A stretch of DNA of 64,000 nt, taken from Thermoanaerobaculia bacterium. GTDB lineage: Bacteria > Acidobacteriota > Thermoanaerobaculia > Multivoradales > Multivoraceae. The notes under the pieces are model-generated. The model saw only the letters and a program-made list of their open reading frames with translations, made no database searches and had not been told where the DNA came from. A program made the translations under genes and the position numbers. Below, one piece after another: positions 1 through 10,206 of this stretch. Position 1 is the first letter of the stretch; every line of letters starts with the position of its first letter. The stretch lies in NCBI GenBank assembly GCA_963664405.1, contig OY761158.1, positions 2,464,001 to 2,528,000 of the forward strand, read 5' to 3'.

Positions 1-1756
1 GCGCAACGGTTACGCGGAACCGAGTGAGATCGGGAGAGGCTGGGCGTTGCAAGTCGGCGTCGACAGAAACGGCTGCGATGTCGTGGTGCTCGGGTAGTCC
101 GACCGGCAACAGCCGGCCGTCGCTGACGGTGCCGACGAGGAGCCCCGTCTTCGGACCCGGAACGGCCGAGATGACTGTGTCCTGCCTGCCTGTGGTGTGC
201 GGCAGCAGCACAGGAGTCATCCAGCGCTGAGCGCCACCGCTCTCTTGCAGCGTGGTCGCGTAGAAGTCGAAGAGGTGCCCGCCATTGCGACCGCGAGAGA
301 CCGCCTGGTGGCGCAGAAGCACCCACACCGCTCCGTCGCCATCAACGGCGAGACGGGGGTTCTGGAAGAGACTCTTGGCCAGCAGATCCGGGAGCGAATC
401 GGTGAGCTCTGCTCCCGGCTGCTTCCACTCTCCTCGCTCGAGCACGGCGATCCTCGGGCGGCGGTACCAGCCCTCCCGCGCCCGATAGATCTCCGAGCCG
501 CCTGCCTTCAAGTTCGCACCGACGTTCGGATTCTCGTAGCCGGTATCCTTGCCCCAGTTGGCGCCTCCCTCTTCCCACGAAAACCACACTCGGCCGGCGG
601 AATCGACGGCAACATCGGCGCGCATCTCGGCCATCGGCGTTGCCGAGACTTCGCGAATCTCGCCGAGCGAGACGCGCCCAGCGTTGAGCGAGTAGTGGCG
701 AGCCAACAGATCGTATGTGGCGGGTGCGGATCCCGGCGAGCGGTAGGAGTCCCACGCAACCCACGAGCCCGCCGGACCCGTCGCCACCGCCGGCTCCCAA
801 TCGTCGCCCTGACTCTGCGAGAGGTTGATCTCTTCTCCCCAGCCATCCGTAGAGCGCACTCTCGAGAGGATCTCGCTCTGTGGCAGAGCTTCCTCGGAGA
901 GCTGGCGGAATCCGCTCCAAACAAGAAAGAGATTGCCACGAGAGTCGGAAGCCATGCGGTGAAAAGCGTCAGGCCTCGGGTCGTTGGTGAGACGCTCTTC
1001 GTCCGACCACTCGGCGCCGTCCCAGACTCGGGCAAAGAGGTCGAAGTCGCCGCCCTCGGGATCCTTCTGGAGCGCATAGACACACCAGATCCGACCGGCC
1101 CCGTCCTCGCCCAGGGCAACTCGGAAGTGATCACCAGGAGGAGTGACGGGCCGAGGAGTCGACCAGCTCGCACCATCGCGGCTCCGCGCCACCATCACCT
1201 GATCGCCTCCTTGAATTCGGTAGCCGGTGTGGTCGATGGTCCGGTAGGCGACCCACCCCATCCAATACTCCCCAGCTCGAGTGCGGAGGATTTCGGGATC
1301 GTCGTTCTCGTAGTCGCCGCCCGAGATCACCTTCGCCAACGGCACCCGCTCCACCGTCACATCGATGCCGTCGAGGTGCTCGACCTCGCCGTAGGGAATC
1401 TCAGCGGGGATGAAAGAGAAGTCACCCATGCGGCACCATAGGGTCACCGCCTCAGACTCGGGCGAAGTGACTTCTACGAGGATGCTCTTCGGCAGAACGA
1501 CGCCTCCCGCCGAGCGCAGCGACAGCACCCACCGGTTCGGCTGAATCAGCTCATCCGCCGTATCGAGGTGCCAGCCGCTTATCCGACGCACCTGCGACGC
1601 CTCGCGGATTCCGCCGTTCCAGTTTCGGGCCGCGCGGTCCCTGGCTCCGAAGGTGATCTGGAAGGCGCTCGCCGCCACTGCAGCATCAGCCGCAAGCAAA
1701 AAGAATGCTGTAAGAGCCAAGACCGGACCGGAATGTCGCCTCACGGTGCCTTCCAT
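1..1756 (-). CDS. Large secreted protein, paralog of 36796-39630 (beta-rich N-terminus, probably DUF3604/PHP C-terminus); runs off the left edge
   Basis: Manual translation from ATG at 1756: MEGTVRRHSGPVLALTAFFLLAADAAVAASAFQITFGARDRAARNWNGGI...GDFSFIPAEIP...VERVP...DYENDDPEI...WVAY, colinear with 'VEFGIKDADPQTWNGSL...GDFFFKPADLP...VRRVP...ELEDDYST...WIGY'. The frame is open at both ends read by hand. Absent from the ORF track because it has no stop in the window. Confidence 0.8.
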   Translation of the reverse strand, partial: MEGTVRRHSGPVLALTAFFLLAADAAVAASAFQITFGARDRAARNWNGGIREASQVRRISGWHLDTADELIQPNRWVLSLRSAGGVVLPKSILVEVTSPESEAVTLWCRMGDFSFIPAEIPYGEVEHLDGIDVTVERVPLAKVISGGDYENDDPEILRTRAGEYWMGWVAYRTIDHTGYRIQGGDQVMVARSRDGASWSTPRPVTPPGDHFRVALGEDGAGRIWCVYALQKDPEGGDFDLFARVWDGAEWSDEERLTNDPRPDAFHRMASDSRGNLFLVWSGFRQLSEEALPQSEILSRVRSTDGWGEEINLSQSQGDDWEPAVATGPAGSWVAWDSYRSPGSAPATYDLLARHYSLNAGRVSLGEIREVSATPMAEMRADVAVDSAGRVWFSWEEGGANWGKDTGYENPNVGANLKAGGSEIYRAREGWYRRPRIAVLERGEWKQPGAELTDSLPDLLAKSLFQNPRLAVDGDGAVWVLLRHQAVSRGRNGGHLFDFYATTLQESGGAQRWMTPVLLPHTTGRQDTVISAVPGPKTGLLVGTVSDGRLLPVGLPEHHDIAAVSVDADLQRPASPDLTRFRVTVA

Positions 1757-1826
1757 GTTACCGGTCCCGCTCCTGAAATACCCCTCACTCGGTCTCTACG
1801 GCCTCCTCCGAGAGCCGCCTGTGAGC

Positions 1827-3380
1827 TCACGGTCGATAGCTGGGCCCAGACGCCGGCCGGACGAGCTCGCTGTCGGCGATACGCCTCGCGTCGCGCATGA
1901 AGTCGACCAGCAACGGCCGGGTGTCGCGAGGGTCGATGATCTCTTCTACTCCAAAGGCGTGGGCATTGCGGAAAGGGGACGAGATGGCATGCAGGCGAGC
2001 TTCGATCTCGGCGCGCTTCTCGGCCGGGTTCTCGGCCCCTTCGATCTCGCGCTTGTAGGCGATCGCGGTACCGCCCTCGATGTGCATCGAGCCTCCATGA
2101 GTCGACGGCCACGCGTAGCGTCGGTAGAGGCCCGAGATCCTCTGGTGCAAGCCGCCGGCGACGCCGTAGAGCTGGCGCAAGATGAAACAGATGTAGGGCG
2201 TCTGGGTGAGATTGAGAGCGGTGACCACTCGAGCACCTGCACGCACGATGCCCAGACGCTCCTGCGCCGAACCGACCGAAAATCCGGGCTCGTCGGCGAA
2301 GTACGCCAACGGCAGATGGAAGGTCTCGCACATTTCGAGCAGCCGAAGCATCTTCTCGCCGGCGGCGATGTCCATCGAGCCACCATTGAATCTCGGGTCG
2401 TTGATCATCACTCCGCAAGGCAGGCCGTCGACGCGGGCGAGGCCGGTCATGCGGGCCTCACCGTAGTAGGGCCCGATCTCGAAGAAGCTACCCTCATCGA
2501 CCACCGCTTCGATGACCTCGTGGGGATCGTAGGTGCGTCTGCGGTCCGCCGGAATCACCGAGACCAGCGCTTCTTCCCGGCGCTCCGGATCATCGGTCGG
2601 AGCGACCACCGGCGGCGCCTCCCAGACGCTGCTGGGGAGATAGGACAGAAAGCGGCGCACCTGGCCGATGGCGTCCGCCTCACTTTCGGCGAGGTTCATG
2701 ATCACGCCGTTGCGCAGCTGCGTCCGCTCGTCGCCGAGCTCTTCTTTAGTGATGGTCTCCCCCGTAGCCTGTTCGACCACACGGGGGCCGGCGACGAACA
2801 CCTGGCTGGTGCCCTTGACCATGACATTGAAGTGGCACATACACGCCTGCACCGCAGGCAGCCCCGCAACCGAGCCAAGCACCGCGGAAACGACCGGCAC
2901 CGTCTGCAGGAGCTGCGCCGATACGCTGGTCCCGGAGTTTCCGGGAAGATAGGTACGCCCGATCTGCTCGAAGGTCTTGACGCTACCGCCCGTCGCGTCG
3001 AGTAAACGCACGAAGGGCAGGCGGCTACGCAGCGCAAACTCCTCGGCAAAGCGGCTCTTGTTGCCGATATTGGCGTCCGAAGCGCCGCCGCGGATGGTGA
3101 AATCACCACCCGAGAAGGCGACTTTGCGCCCGTCGATCCGAACGGTGCCCATGACCATATTGGAGGGTTTGAGATCCGAGACCCGATCACCGTCCCAGGT
3201 CGCCGTACCGGCGAGTGCGCCAATCTCGTGAAAGGAGCCCGGATCGGCCAGCAGCTCGACCCGCTCCCTGACGGTCAGCTTGCCGCGGCCATGCTGAAAG
3301 GCAACGCTATCCACCCCACCCATCTCGGCGGCCATGCGGCGCTGCCTTTCGATTTCGTCGACGTCGTCCGACCAGCTCAT
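1827..3380 (-). CDS. Acyl-CoA carboxylase carboxyltransferase (beta) subunit
   Basis: Motifs MGG..V..QH.RGKLTVRER, GDFTIRGG, DEPGF.VG..E and IIDPRDTR; start placed at MSWSDD. Confidence 0.92.
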   Translation of the reverse strand: MSWSDDVDEIERQRRMAAEMGGVDSVAFQHGRGKLTVRERVELLADPGSFHEIGALAGTATWDGDRVSDLKPSNMVMGTVRIDGRKVAFSGGDFTIRGGASDANIGNKSRFAEEFALRSRLPFVRLLDATGGSVKTFEQIGRTYLPGNSGTSVSAQLLQTVPVVSAVLGSVAGLPAVQACMCHFNVMVKGTSQVFVAGPRVVEQATGETITKEELGDERTQLRNGVIMNLAESEADAIGQVRRFLSYLPSSVWEAPPVVAPTDDPERREEALVSVIPADRRRTYDPHEVIEAVVDEGSFFEIGPYYGEARMTGLARVDGLPCGVMINDPRFNGGSMDIAAGEKMLRLLEMCETFHLPLAYFADEPGFSVGSAQERLGIVRAGARVVTALNLTQTPYICFILRQLYGVAGGLHQRISGLYRRYAWPSTHGGSMHIEGGTAIAYKREIEGAENPAEKRAEIEARLHAISSPFRNAHAFGVEEIIDPRDTRPLLVDFMRDARRIADSELVRPASGPSYRP

Positions 3381-3469
3381 GGGATTGCTCCTTCGGCTCG
3401 GTTTGGGCAATCCTCTCATCAATCGATAGGGACAGCGGGGATCGAACGCGAATGTGATCTGCTACGCCG

Positions 3470-4216
3470 ATGACGGAGCCCTTGATCGATAGGGTCTGGC
3501 GCGGAGCAACGGAAGGACGATTCGATCCCGGCGCCGACGAGCCCAGTCTCGCGGAGGGACAAGATCTGCAGCTGCAACTGCTGGAGCGCTGGCGCCAACG
3601 CGGCGAAAGTCTGGGCGGCTGGAAGCTGGGCATGACCTCTGGCCAATCCAGGGACGCGCTCGGGGTCGGGTTCCGTCCTTTCGGCTTCATCCTCGAGAGC
3701 CGCATCCTCGAGTCTGGGAGCGAGATCAGCATCAATAGAATTCAGCGCGGCGGCGTCGAGAACGAGCTCTGCTTCATCATCGGCAGAGCCTTGGGCCAAT
3801 CAGCTACGCGGGACGACGCCATCGCCGCCATTGCCGGGGTGGCCCCCGCCTTCGAGGTCAACCAACGCCGCATTCAGGGCGAAGGGAAGCCTGGCATCCG
3901 TATCGCCGACGACCTGGCCAACTGGGGCTTGATAGTGGGCTCGCCGGTCGCAGCACCGGAGGGTCTCGACGACCTGACGGTGGTGCTCACAAGATCCGGC
4001 GAAGAGCTGGATCGGGTCAGCGCCAAGGGGCATATCGACGACCACTACCAAAGCCTTGCAACCCTCGCACGTAAGCTCGCCGAGCATGGCCAGGGGCTGA
4101 GACCCGGCGATCGGGTGATTACCGGAGCTTTCACCCGGGCCCCGCTGGGGGTGGGCAGTTATGATGGTGACTTCGGACCCGAGATCGGCCGAGTCACGGT
4201 GAATGTAACTCCATGA
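3470..4216 (+). CDS. 2-keto-4-pentenoate hydratase-like protein (FAH family)
   Basis: GWKLGMTS, VENELCF, PAFEV, IADD.AN and GDRVITGA motifs. Confidence 0.85.
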   Translation: MTEPLIDRVWRGATEGRFDPGADEPSLAEGQDLQLQLLERWRQRGESLGGWKLGMTSGQSRDALGVGFRPFGFILESRILESGSEISINRIQRGGVENELCFIIGRALGQSATRDDAIAAIAGVAPAFEVNQRRIQGEGKPGIRIADDLANWGLIVGSPVAAPEGLDDLTVVLTRSGEELDRVSAKGHIDDHYQSLATLARKLAEHGQGLRPGDRVITGAFTRAPLGVGSYDGDFGPEIGRVTVNVTP

Positions 4217-4836
4217 TTGACCTCTACACCTGGCCCACACCCAATGGCCGCAAGATATCCATCGCGCTCGAGGAGTTCGGGCTCGACTACGAGGCCCACG
4301 CCGTCAATATCGGCAAAGACGAGCAGTTTGAGCCGGCGTTCCTCAAAATAAGCCCAAACAACAAGATCCCGGCGATCGTCGACCGTGAGAGCGGTCGCGC
4401 CATGATGGAATCAGGCGCAATCCTCATCTACCTCGCCGACCTCCACCAGCGTTTCCGCGGCGATGACTGGTACGTGACCCTGGAATGGCTGATGTTGCAG
4501 ATGGGTGGCGTCGGGCCCTTCTTGGGGCAGGTGCATCACTTCCTCCGTTTCAACCCGGGGAAAGCCCCCTACGCCGAGGAGCGATATAGCGCTGAAGCCA
4601 AGCGCCTGTATCGCGTCCTCGACCAACGCCTCGCGGAGCACGAATACCTCTCGGACAGCTATTCGATCGCGGACATTGCCACCTGGCCCTGGATCTCACG
4701 CTACGAATGGCAGGGCATCGACTGGGCCGAGTATCCAAACCTGAAGCGCTGGTATCTCGTGATCGCCGACCGTCCCGCGGTTCAGGCCGGTTACGACGTG
4801 CCGATGCATGTCAACCCCCTACCTCGCCCGGAATAG
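4213..4836 (+). CDS. Glutathione S-transferase, YfcG/Ure2-like
   Basis: DLYTWPTPNGRK, ISPNNKIPAIVD, ESGAILIYLA and YSIADIATWPW; ATGA overlap with the upstream gene. Confidence 0.92.
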   Translation: MIDLYTWPTPNGRKISIALEEFGLDYEAHAVNIGKDEQFEPAFLKISPNNKIPAIVDRESGRAMMESGAILIYLADLHQRFRGDDWYVTLEWLMLQMGGVGPFLGQVHHFLRFNPGKAPYAEERYSAEAKRLYRVLDQRLAEHEYLSDSYSIADIATWPWISRYEWQGIDWAEYPNLKRWYLVIADRPAVQAGYDVPMHVNPLPRPE

Positions 4837-4873
4837 GTAGCCACACACAAATCAGTGTCGGATCCCTTCTGCG

Positions 4874-5400
4874 ATGCACATCTTCGCCGACCAGGAACGG
4901 CACTTCTTCTCAAACGACGACTTTCCCGACGCCACAATCGAGCGCGCCTTCGGGTTCCTAAAGGCGCATGAGCCTCTCCGATGAGTGCAAAGCCTGCGCC
5001 TCTAGCTATGTCGTCGTCGACGAGCTGGTTGCGATACATCTCGCGACTCCCGCCCGCGGGCGTCTATCACGGCCCGATCTCGGTCTCTGCGAAGAGAGGC
5101 CGCCCGTTCATATCGGGTTCATCGATCCTGATGTCGAGGGACATCGCTGCGGATCTAGCGCAGAGCGCCGATCGCATTCTTTCGATGAATGATGGTGCCT
5201 ACGTGGGATGATGTAGTGATCGGCCACTGGATCGCGCGGAACCACTGTGTAGAATCAGCTTCCGAGATCACAGAGAACATCCGAAGACGCAGAACTCCGA
5301 CAACAAACCAAACTTTCGTTACCCCCCCACCGAAGAGGTCTGACGAATTTCGTGAAGGTGCCACCCGAGCGACTTGCTCCCCCGCGATGAGAACTATCAC
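4874..5400 (+). pseudogene. Frameshifted galactosyltransferase-like (GT31-type) gene remnant
   Basis: Four consecutive pieces, each shifted by +1, read 'RAFGFLKAHEP', 'KACASSYVVVDELV', 'RYISRLPPAGVYHG...FISGSSILMSRD' and 'WDDVVIGHWI'. The 3' boundary is approximate. Confidence 0.5.
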
Positions 5401-5555
5401 TATCATTTCAGCTCGAAGAGAATCTGGGAGATGGAGGAATTCCACCAGAGATTCTTTGCCGGGGCCTCCCCAGAAGCGCGCTCGGCTCGAGATTGATGCG
5501 CCCCGGTCAGATGAAACTGCAAACACAGAAGGATTCTCTGAAGAAGGAGTCAGGT

Positions 5556-6575
5556 ATGAGGCCTCGAACCCGTAACGAAGCGATACGGATCTTTCTCGCC
5601 GTCTCCTTCCTCCAGCTCACTTTTGTAGCGGCGGCCCCGGCGGAATACAAGACGCCACGAACGGCTTGGGGACACCCGGATCTGCAAGGCACATACTCGA
5701 ATACCACCCTGACGCCTTTCGAGCGTCCCGAAGCCCTGGGCGACAAGGCGTTTCTCACTGAGGCAGAGGCGGCCGAGCTCGAAAGGAAGCGTGCCGAATC
5801 GATCGTCACTGCGGCCGAGGCGCCGGCGTCCCAGACCGAGGCGGGAGGCCGGGTCGGCGGCTACAACCAGCACTGGCTGGAGCTCGGAACCAAGGTCGTC
5901 GGCACTCGCCGGACCTCTCTGGTGGTCGATCCGCCGACCGGGCGCGTTCCGGTCCGTCCCGAGGCACTGGCCCAGCGCGACTACGAGCTCGAAGAGAGCT
6001 TCAACGACTATGTCCACATGAGCGTGTGGGATCGCTGCATCACTCGCGGTGTCCCCGGCGGCTTCTTCCCAGCCGGATACAACAACAACTACCGCATCCT
6101 GCAAACACCCGACACGGTGGCGATCTACTTCGAGATGATCCACGACGTCAGGTTGATCCCGCTCCACGGTCGGCCCCACGTCGACTCGGACATCGTGCTG
6201 TGGCACGGGGACTCGCGCGGGCGCTGGGAGGGGGACACCCTGGTCGTGGAGACCAGGAACTTCTCGGGCAAGAGCTGGATCGCGACCAGCGGTTCCCAGG
6301 GTCGGGTCAAGGGCATCGCGCAGACCAGGGACGCCCACACGATCGAGCGCTTTACTCGCCTCGACGACAACACGATCGATTATCAGGTGACGGTCACCGA
6401 CCCCGCTGTCTACACTGCGCCCTGGACTGTTCAGACGCCTCTCTACACGGAAGAGGGTCTCGATCTCTTCGAGTACGCTTGTCACGAGGGCAACTGGGCC
6501 GTCCGCAACACCTTGAGCGGCGCCAGAGCCGAAGAGCGGGCCGCGCGCGGCCAGTCACCGATAGAGGAGAACTAG
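5556..6575 (+). CDS. Secreted hypothetical protein, 'EYACHEGN' family
   Basis: Signal peptide; PRT.WG.PDLQG, DRCITRGVP, EMIHDVR, GDSRGRWEGDTLVVET and FEYACHEGN. Confidence 0.85.
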   Translation: MRPRTRNEAIRIFLAVSFLQLTFVAAAPAEYKTPRTAWGHPDLQGTYSNTTLTPFERPEALGDKAFLTEAEAAELERKRAESIVTAAEAPASQTEAGGRVGGYNQHWLELGTKVVGTRRTSLVVDPPTGRVPVRPEALAQRDYELEESFNDYVHMSVWDRCITRGVPGGFFPAGYNNNYRILQTPDTVAIYFEMIHDVRLIPLHGRPHVDSDIVLWHGDSRGRWEGDTLVVETRNFSGKSWIATSGSQGRVKGIAQTRDAHTIERFTRLDDNTIDYQVTVTDPAVYTAPWTVQTPLYTEEGLDLFEYACHEGNWAVRNTLSGARAEERAARGQSPIEEN

Positions 6576-6579
6576 GAAG

Positions 6580-7392
6580 ATGCGAAACCATGGCAGGGAC
6601 GGAATCGCTCCCATTACAGTGGCGCTGGCCTTCCTGCTCGGCGCGGCGGGCATCAATGCCCAGGACTTTCGGGCACCGCGCACACCCGACGACAAGCCGA
6701 ACCTCAACGGCGTCTGGCAGGCGCTGAGCTCGGCCCATCACGACATCGAGGGCCACGCCGCCCGGATGGGGCCGATCGTCGAGCTCGGTGCCCTGGGCTC
6801 CATTCCCGCCGGGCTAGGCATCGTCGAGGGAGGCCAGATCCCTTACCAGGACTGGGCCCGCACCAAGCAGCAGGAGAACCTCGCGGAGTGGTGGAAGCTC
6901 GACCCCGCGGTCAAATGCTTCATGCCAGGCATCCCCCGAGCCAACTACATGCCCTTTCCCTTTCAGATCGTCCAGAGTCCCGACTTCGTACTCATCGCTT
7001 ATGAGTTCGCGAGCGCGAGCCGTGTCGTCTACATGAAGCGACCCGACTTCGAGAGCCCCGCCGACACCTGGATGGGTCACTCGCGCGCACGGTGGGAAGG
7101 TGAGACCCTGGTCATCGATGTCACCTCGCAGGTGCCGGACACCTGGCTCGACAGCTCCGGCAACCACCACAGCGTCGACATCCACGTCGAAGAGCGCTTC
7201 ACCGCGATCAGCGCCAACCACATCCAGTACGAGGCAACGATCACCGATCCCGAAACCTATACGCGACCCTGGAAGGTCAGCTTCCCGCTCTACCGACGGG
7301 TCGATCCCAACATGCAGCTTCTCGAGTTCAAATGCGTCGAGTTCGCCGAAGAGTTGATGTACGGCCACTTGCGCAAAGGTGCAACCGAATAG
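6580..7392 (+). CDS. Secreted hypothetical protein, short paralog of the same family
   Basis: KPNLNGVW, DPAVKCFMPGIPR, GHSRARWEGETLVID and LEFKC. Confidence 0.85.
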   Translation: MRNHGRDGIAPITVALAFLLGAAGINAQDFRAPRTPDDKPNLNGVWQALSSAHHDIEGHAARMGPIVELGALGSIPAGLGIVEGGQIPYQDWARTKQQENLAEWWKLDPAVKCFMPGIPRANYMPFPFQIVQSPDFVLIAYEFASASRVVYMKRPDFESPADTWMGHSRARWEGETLVIDVTSQVPDTWLDSSGNHHSVDIHVEERFTAISANHIQYEATITDPETYTRPWKVSFPLYRRVDPNMQLLEFKCVEFAEELMYGHLRKGATE

Positions 7393-7404
7393 GAGGTCAA
7401 TCAG

Positions 7405-7830
7405 ATGCAAAACAAAACTGCGATCGCCGCAACCGCCTTGATCTTGGCCGTGTCGACCCTTCCGATCTCGGCACACCACGCTTTCTCCGCTGAGTTCGAC
7501 GCCAACGCCCCCATCAACCTCACAGGAACCGTGACCAAGATGGAGTGGATCAACCCGCACTCCTGGGTCCACATCGCGGTCACCAAGGATGACGGCACGG
7601 TCGAGAATTGGATGATCGAAGGCGGCACACCGAATACCCTCTTCCGTCGCGGCTTCACCAAGGACTCGCTGGCGCCGGGAACCGTGATCGTGGTCGACGG
7701 CTACCAGGCCAAGGACGGCACGATGAAAGGCAATGGGCGGGACCTCACCTTCACCGACGGCCGCAAGCTCTTCCTCGGCTCCTCCGGTACCGGCGCGCCG
7801 CGCGACGGTCGCGACGCGACCGAGCGTTAG
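7405..7830 (+). CDS. DUF6152 family protein
   Basis: Signal peptide then AHHAFSAEFD...LTGTVTKMEWINPHSW...W.IEGG.PN.L.RRG. Confidence 0.88.
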   Translation: MQNKTAIAATALILAVSTLPISAHHAFSAEFDANAPINLTGTVTKMEWINPHSWVHIAVTKDDGTVENWMIEGGTPNTLFRRGFTKDSLAPGTVIVVDGYQAKDGTMKGNGRDLTFTDGRKLFLGSSGTGAPRDGRDATER

Positions 7831-7856
7831 CTCCTCGCCCCGAAAGAGAGCTTGAC

Positions 7857-8852
7857 ATGGACAATCGATCGCTCGTCTCGTTGGCCGTAGTCGCTTCCGT
7901 CGCGACCCTCCTGGTCTCTGCTCTTTCGAGCTCCGCCGGAGCCGGAGCCGCCGAGGATACGAAGGAGTGGTCGCCGCCGCGCCGAGCCGACGGCCAACCC
8001 GACATCAGCGGCACCTGGAACAACGTCCGCGCCGCCCACATCCCCCTCCAGCTTGCCGAGGAGCTCCTCGGCAAGGACCTCAGCCCCGAACAGCGCCAGA
8101 CGCTGGTAAAGGAGCGCTCAGATCTCCGCAAGGCCGCGCGATGGGAAGGGCACGAGAACAGCAGCGGGGTCGGTGCCTACGCCAACTACTGGTTCGACTG
8201 GTACTGGGAGGAGCCGTTGGCCGGCGATGTGCCCCAACTCTTGATCGAGCCCGACTCCGGCAGGATGCCCGCAATGACCCCCTGGGCAAAGGAGAGCGTG
8301 ACCTACCATCGCGACCACCTGCACGACTCCTACACGACCATGGAGGCCGGGGACCGCTGCATCTCCCGCGGCATCTATGGACTGATGATGCCGACCGCCT
8401 ACAACAACGGCAAGATGTTCTTCCAGTCCCCCGGATACGTAGTCATCCTCAGCGAGATGATCCACAACGCCCGCATCATCCCCATCGATGCCGGACCTCA
8501 CGTCAACGAAGGCATCGAGCTGTGGGAGGGAGATCCGCGTGGGCACTGGGAGGGCAACACGCTGGTGGTCGAGTCGACCAACTTCCGCCCCGTCCCCAAT
8601 CTGCGAGGTCCCGGTTCGAGGGCTCCTCAGACGACCAAGCGCCGCGTTGCCGAGCGCTTCACGATCGTCGACGCCGATACCCTACGCTACGAGCTGAGCG
8701 TCGACGATCCCGCGACCTACGAGGACGCTTGGACCGTCGCCTTCAACTACAAGCGCGACGACGAGTACCAGCAGTACGAGTACGCCTGCCACGAGGGGAA
8801 CTACTCGGTACCCAACTCCTTGAACGGGGCTCGCGCCGAGGAACGTCACTAG
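7857..8852 (+). CDS. Secreted hypothetical protein, 'EYACHEGN' family
   Basis: ADGQPDISGTW, DRCISRG, EMIHNARII, GHWEGNTLVVE and YEYACHEGN; start placed at MDNRS. Confidence 0.85.
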   Translation: MDNRSLVSLAVVASVATLLVSALSSSAGAGAAEDTKEWSPPRRADGQPDISGTWNNVRAAHIPLQLAEELLGKDLSPEQRQTLVKERSDLRKAARWEGHENSSGVGAYANYWFDWYWEEPLAGDVPQLLIEPDSGRMPAMTPWAKESVTYHRDHLHDSYTTMEAGDRCISRGIYGLMMPTAYNNGKMFFQSPGYVVILSEMIHNARIIPIDAGPHVNEGIELWEGDPRGHWEGNTLVVESTNFRPVPNLRGPGSRAPQTTKRRVAERFTIVDADTLRYELSVDDPATYEDAWTVAFNYKRDDEYQQYEYACHEGNYSVPNSLNGARAEERH

Positions 8853-8858
8853 AGCTCC

Positions 8859-10199
8859 CTACTCGCTCTTCGAAATGGCGTATAGATGGTCCCGCGCCCG
8901 TATGAAGAGCGTGGTCCCCGATATCGCGGGTGTGGCCATGATCGGCTCGCCGAGATCGTTGTTGGCCAGGAGCTCGTACTCCGGCCCGGCTCGAATGACA
9001 AAGACCTGGCCGTCCTCACTGGGGAGATAGATTCGATCGTCGGCCACGACCGGCGAGGCGCTGAATCCAAGGCCGCCATGGGCGATGCGAGTCCGATAGA
9101 CCTCGCTCCCGCTCTTCAGGTCATAGCAGTCGAAGACTCCCTGGTTCGAGAGCACGTAGAGACGAGCTTCGTAGGCCAACGGTGTCGGCATATAAGAGCC
9201 GCGGCGAACCCAACTCCAAGCGACGGATCGGTTGGAGCCGCGACCTTCAGCCAGAGTGATGTCACCTTCTGCTCCAGGGCGCACTGCAAAGATGGGGCGC
9301 TCCGGAGCGCGGCCGCTCGCAACGATGATGAGTCCATCGGCAAAGATCGGCATTGGAGCCGTGATCTTGGAGCTCCCCCCTAGACGCCACAATTCTCTGC
9401 CGTCAGCGACATCGTAGCCGCGAATGAAGTTGGAGCCGTTGGTGACGACCTCGGTGCGGGCGGCCGACGAGATGACCGTCGGTGTCCCCCACGACGGCAG
9501 CTCGTCGCGCATCGACCGCCAGAGCTCTCGCCCCGTTTCCAGGTCGAACGCGGCAACGAAGGAGTCGCCCTGGGTGTCGCATTGAACGATCACTCGATCG
9601 TTCCAGAGAACCGGCGAGCTCGCCGACCCCCATTCGTAACTCGGCAGGTCGTAGGCGCCGACATTGAGATGGCCAAGGTCCTTCGACCAGACCAGCTCGC
9701 CGGCCGCGGTGTATACAAAGAGCCCCTGGGAGCCGAAGAAAGCCACCACATGACGGCCATCCGTAGCCGGTGAGGCGCTGGCATAGGTCGACTTGATGTG
9801 CCGTTTCTCTCGCGGCTCCCCCTCGAAAGCCGTCCGCTGCCAAAGAACCGCACCCGTTCTCTTGTCGATCGCGTACAGATTCCAACGGTGAGTCGAGCTG
9901 TCGTCGGACGCGTCGCCGTCCCCGTAGAGGCCCGGCTTGAAGCTGGCGTCTGCGCGGCTACTAATCGCCGAGGTGACGTAGAGAACATCGCCCCACACCA
10001 CCGGACTCGAATGAGCGAGGCCGGGGACGCGAAACCGCCAGGCAATGTTACGCCCGCTCTCGACGTCCCACTTCAGAGGCAGGTTCCGCCCCGCCGGAGC
10101 CACTCCAGAGGCGTGGGCCCCGCGAAAGGAAGGCCAGTCGTCTCCCCCTGAAGCCGGCGTTGCAAGCAACAGAGTGGCGACAGCGAGCCAGGGCTTCAT
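8859..10199 (-). CDS. PQQ-like beta-propeller (BamB-like) secreted protein
   Basis: [33 protein letters not shown] and FSASPV repeats. Confidence 0.88.
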   Translation of the reverse strand: MKPWLAVATLLLATPASGGDDWPSFRGAHASGVAPAGRNLPLKWDVESGRNIAWRFRVPGLAHSSPVVWGDVLYVTSAISSRADASFKPGLYGDGDASDDSSTHRWNLYAIDKRTGAVLWQRTAFEGEPREKRHIKSTYASASPATDGRHVVAFFGSQGLFVYTAAGELVWSKDLGHLNVGAYDLPSYEWGSASSPVLWNDRVIVQCDTQGDSFVAAFDLETGRELWRSMRDELPSWGTPTVISSAARTEVVTNGSNFIRGYDVADGRELWRLGGSSKITAPMPIFADGLIIVASGRAPERPIFAVRPGAEGDITLAEGRGSNRSVAWSWVRRGSYMPTPLAYEARLYVLSNQGVFDCYDLKSGSEVYRTRIAHGGLGFSASPVVADDRIYLPSEDGQVFVIRAGPEYELLANNDLGEPIMATPAISGTTLFIRARDHLYAISKSE

Positions 10200-10206
10200 A
10201 GTGTAA

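Noticed and set aside
197-1441. 414-aa plus-strand ORF, and similar long ORFs such as 1653-3005, 18435-20000, 21781-23043, 48769-50601 and 62407-63996
   Set aside because: These are antisense shadows of real genes in GC-rich DNA and have no family motifs.
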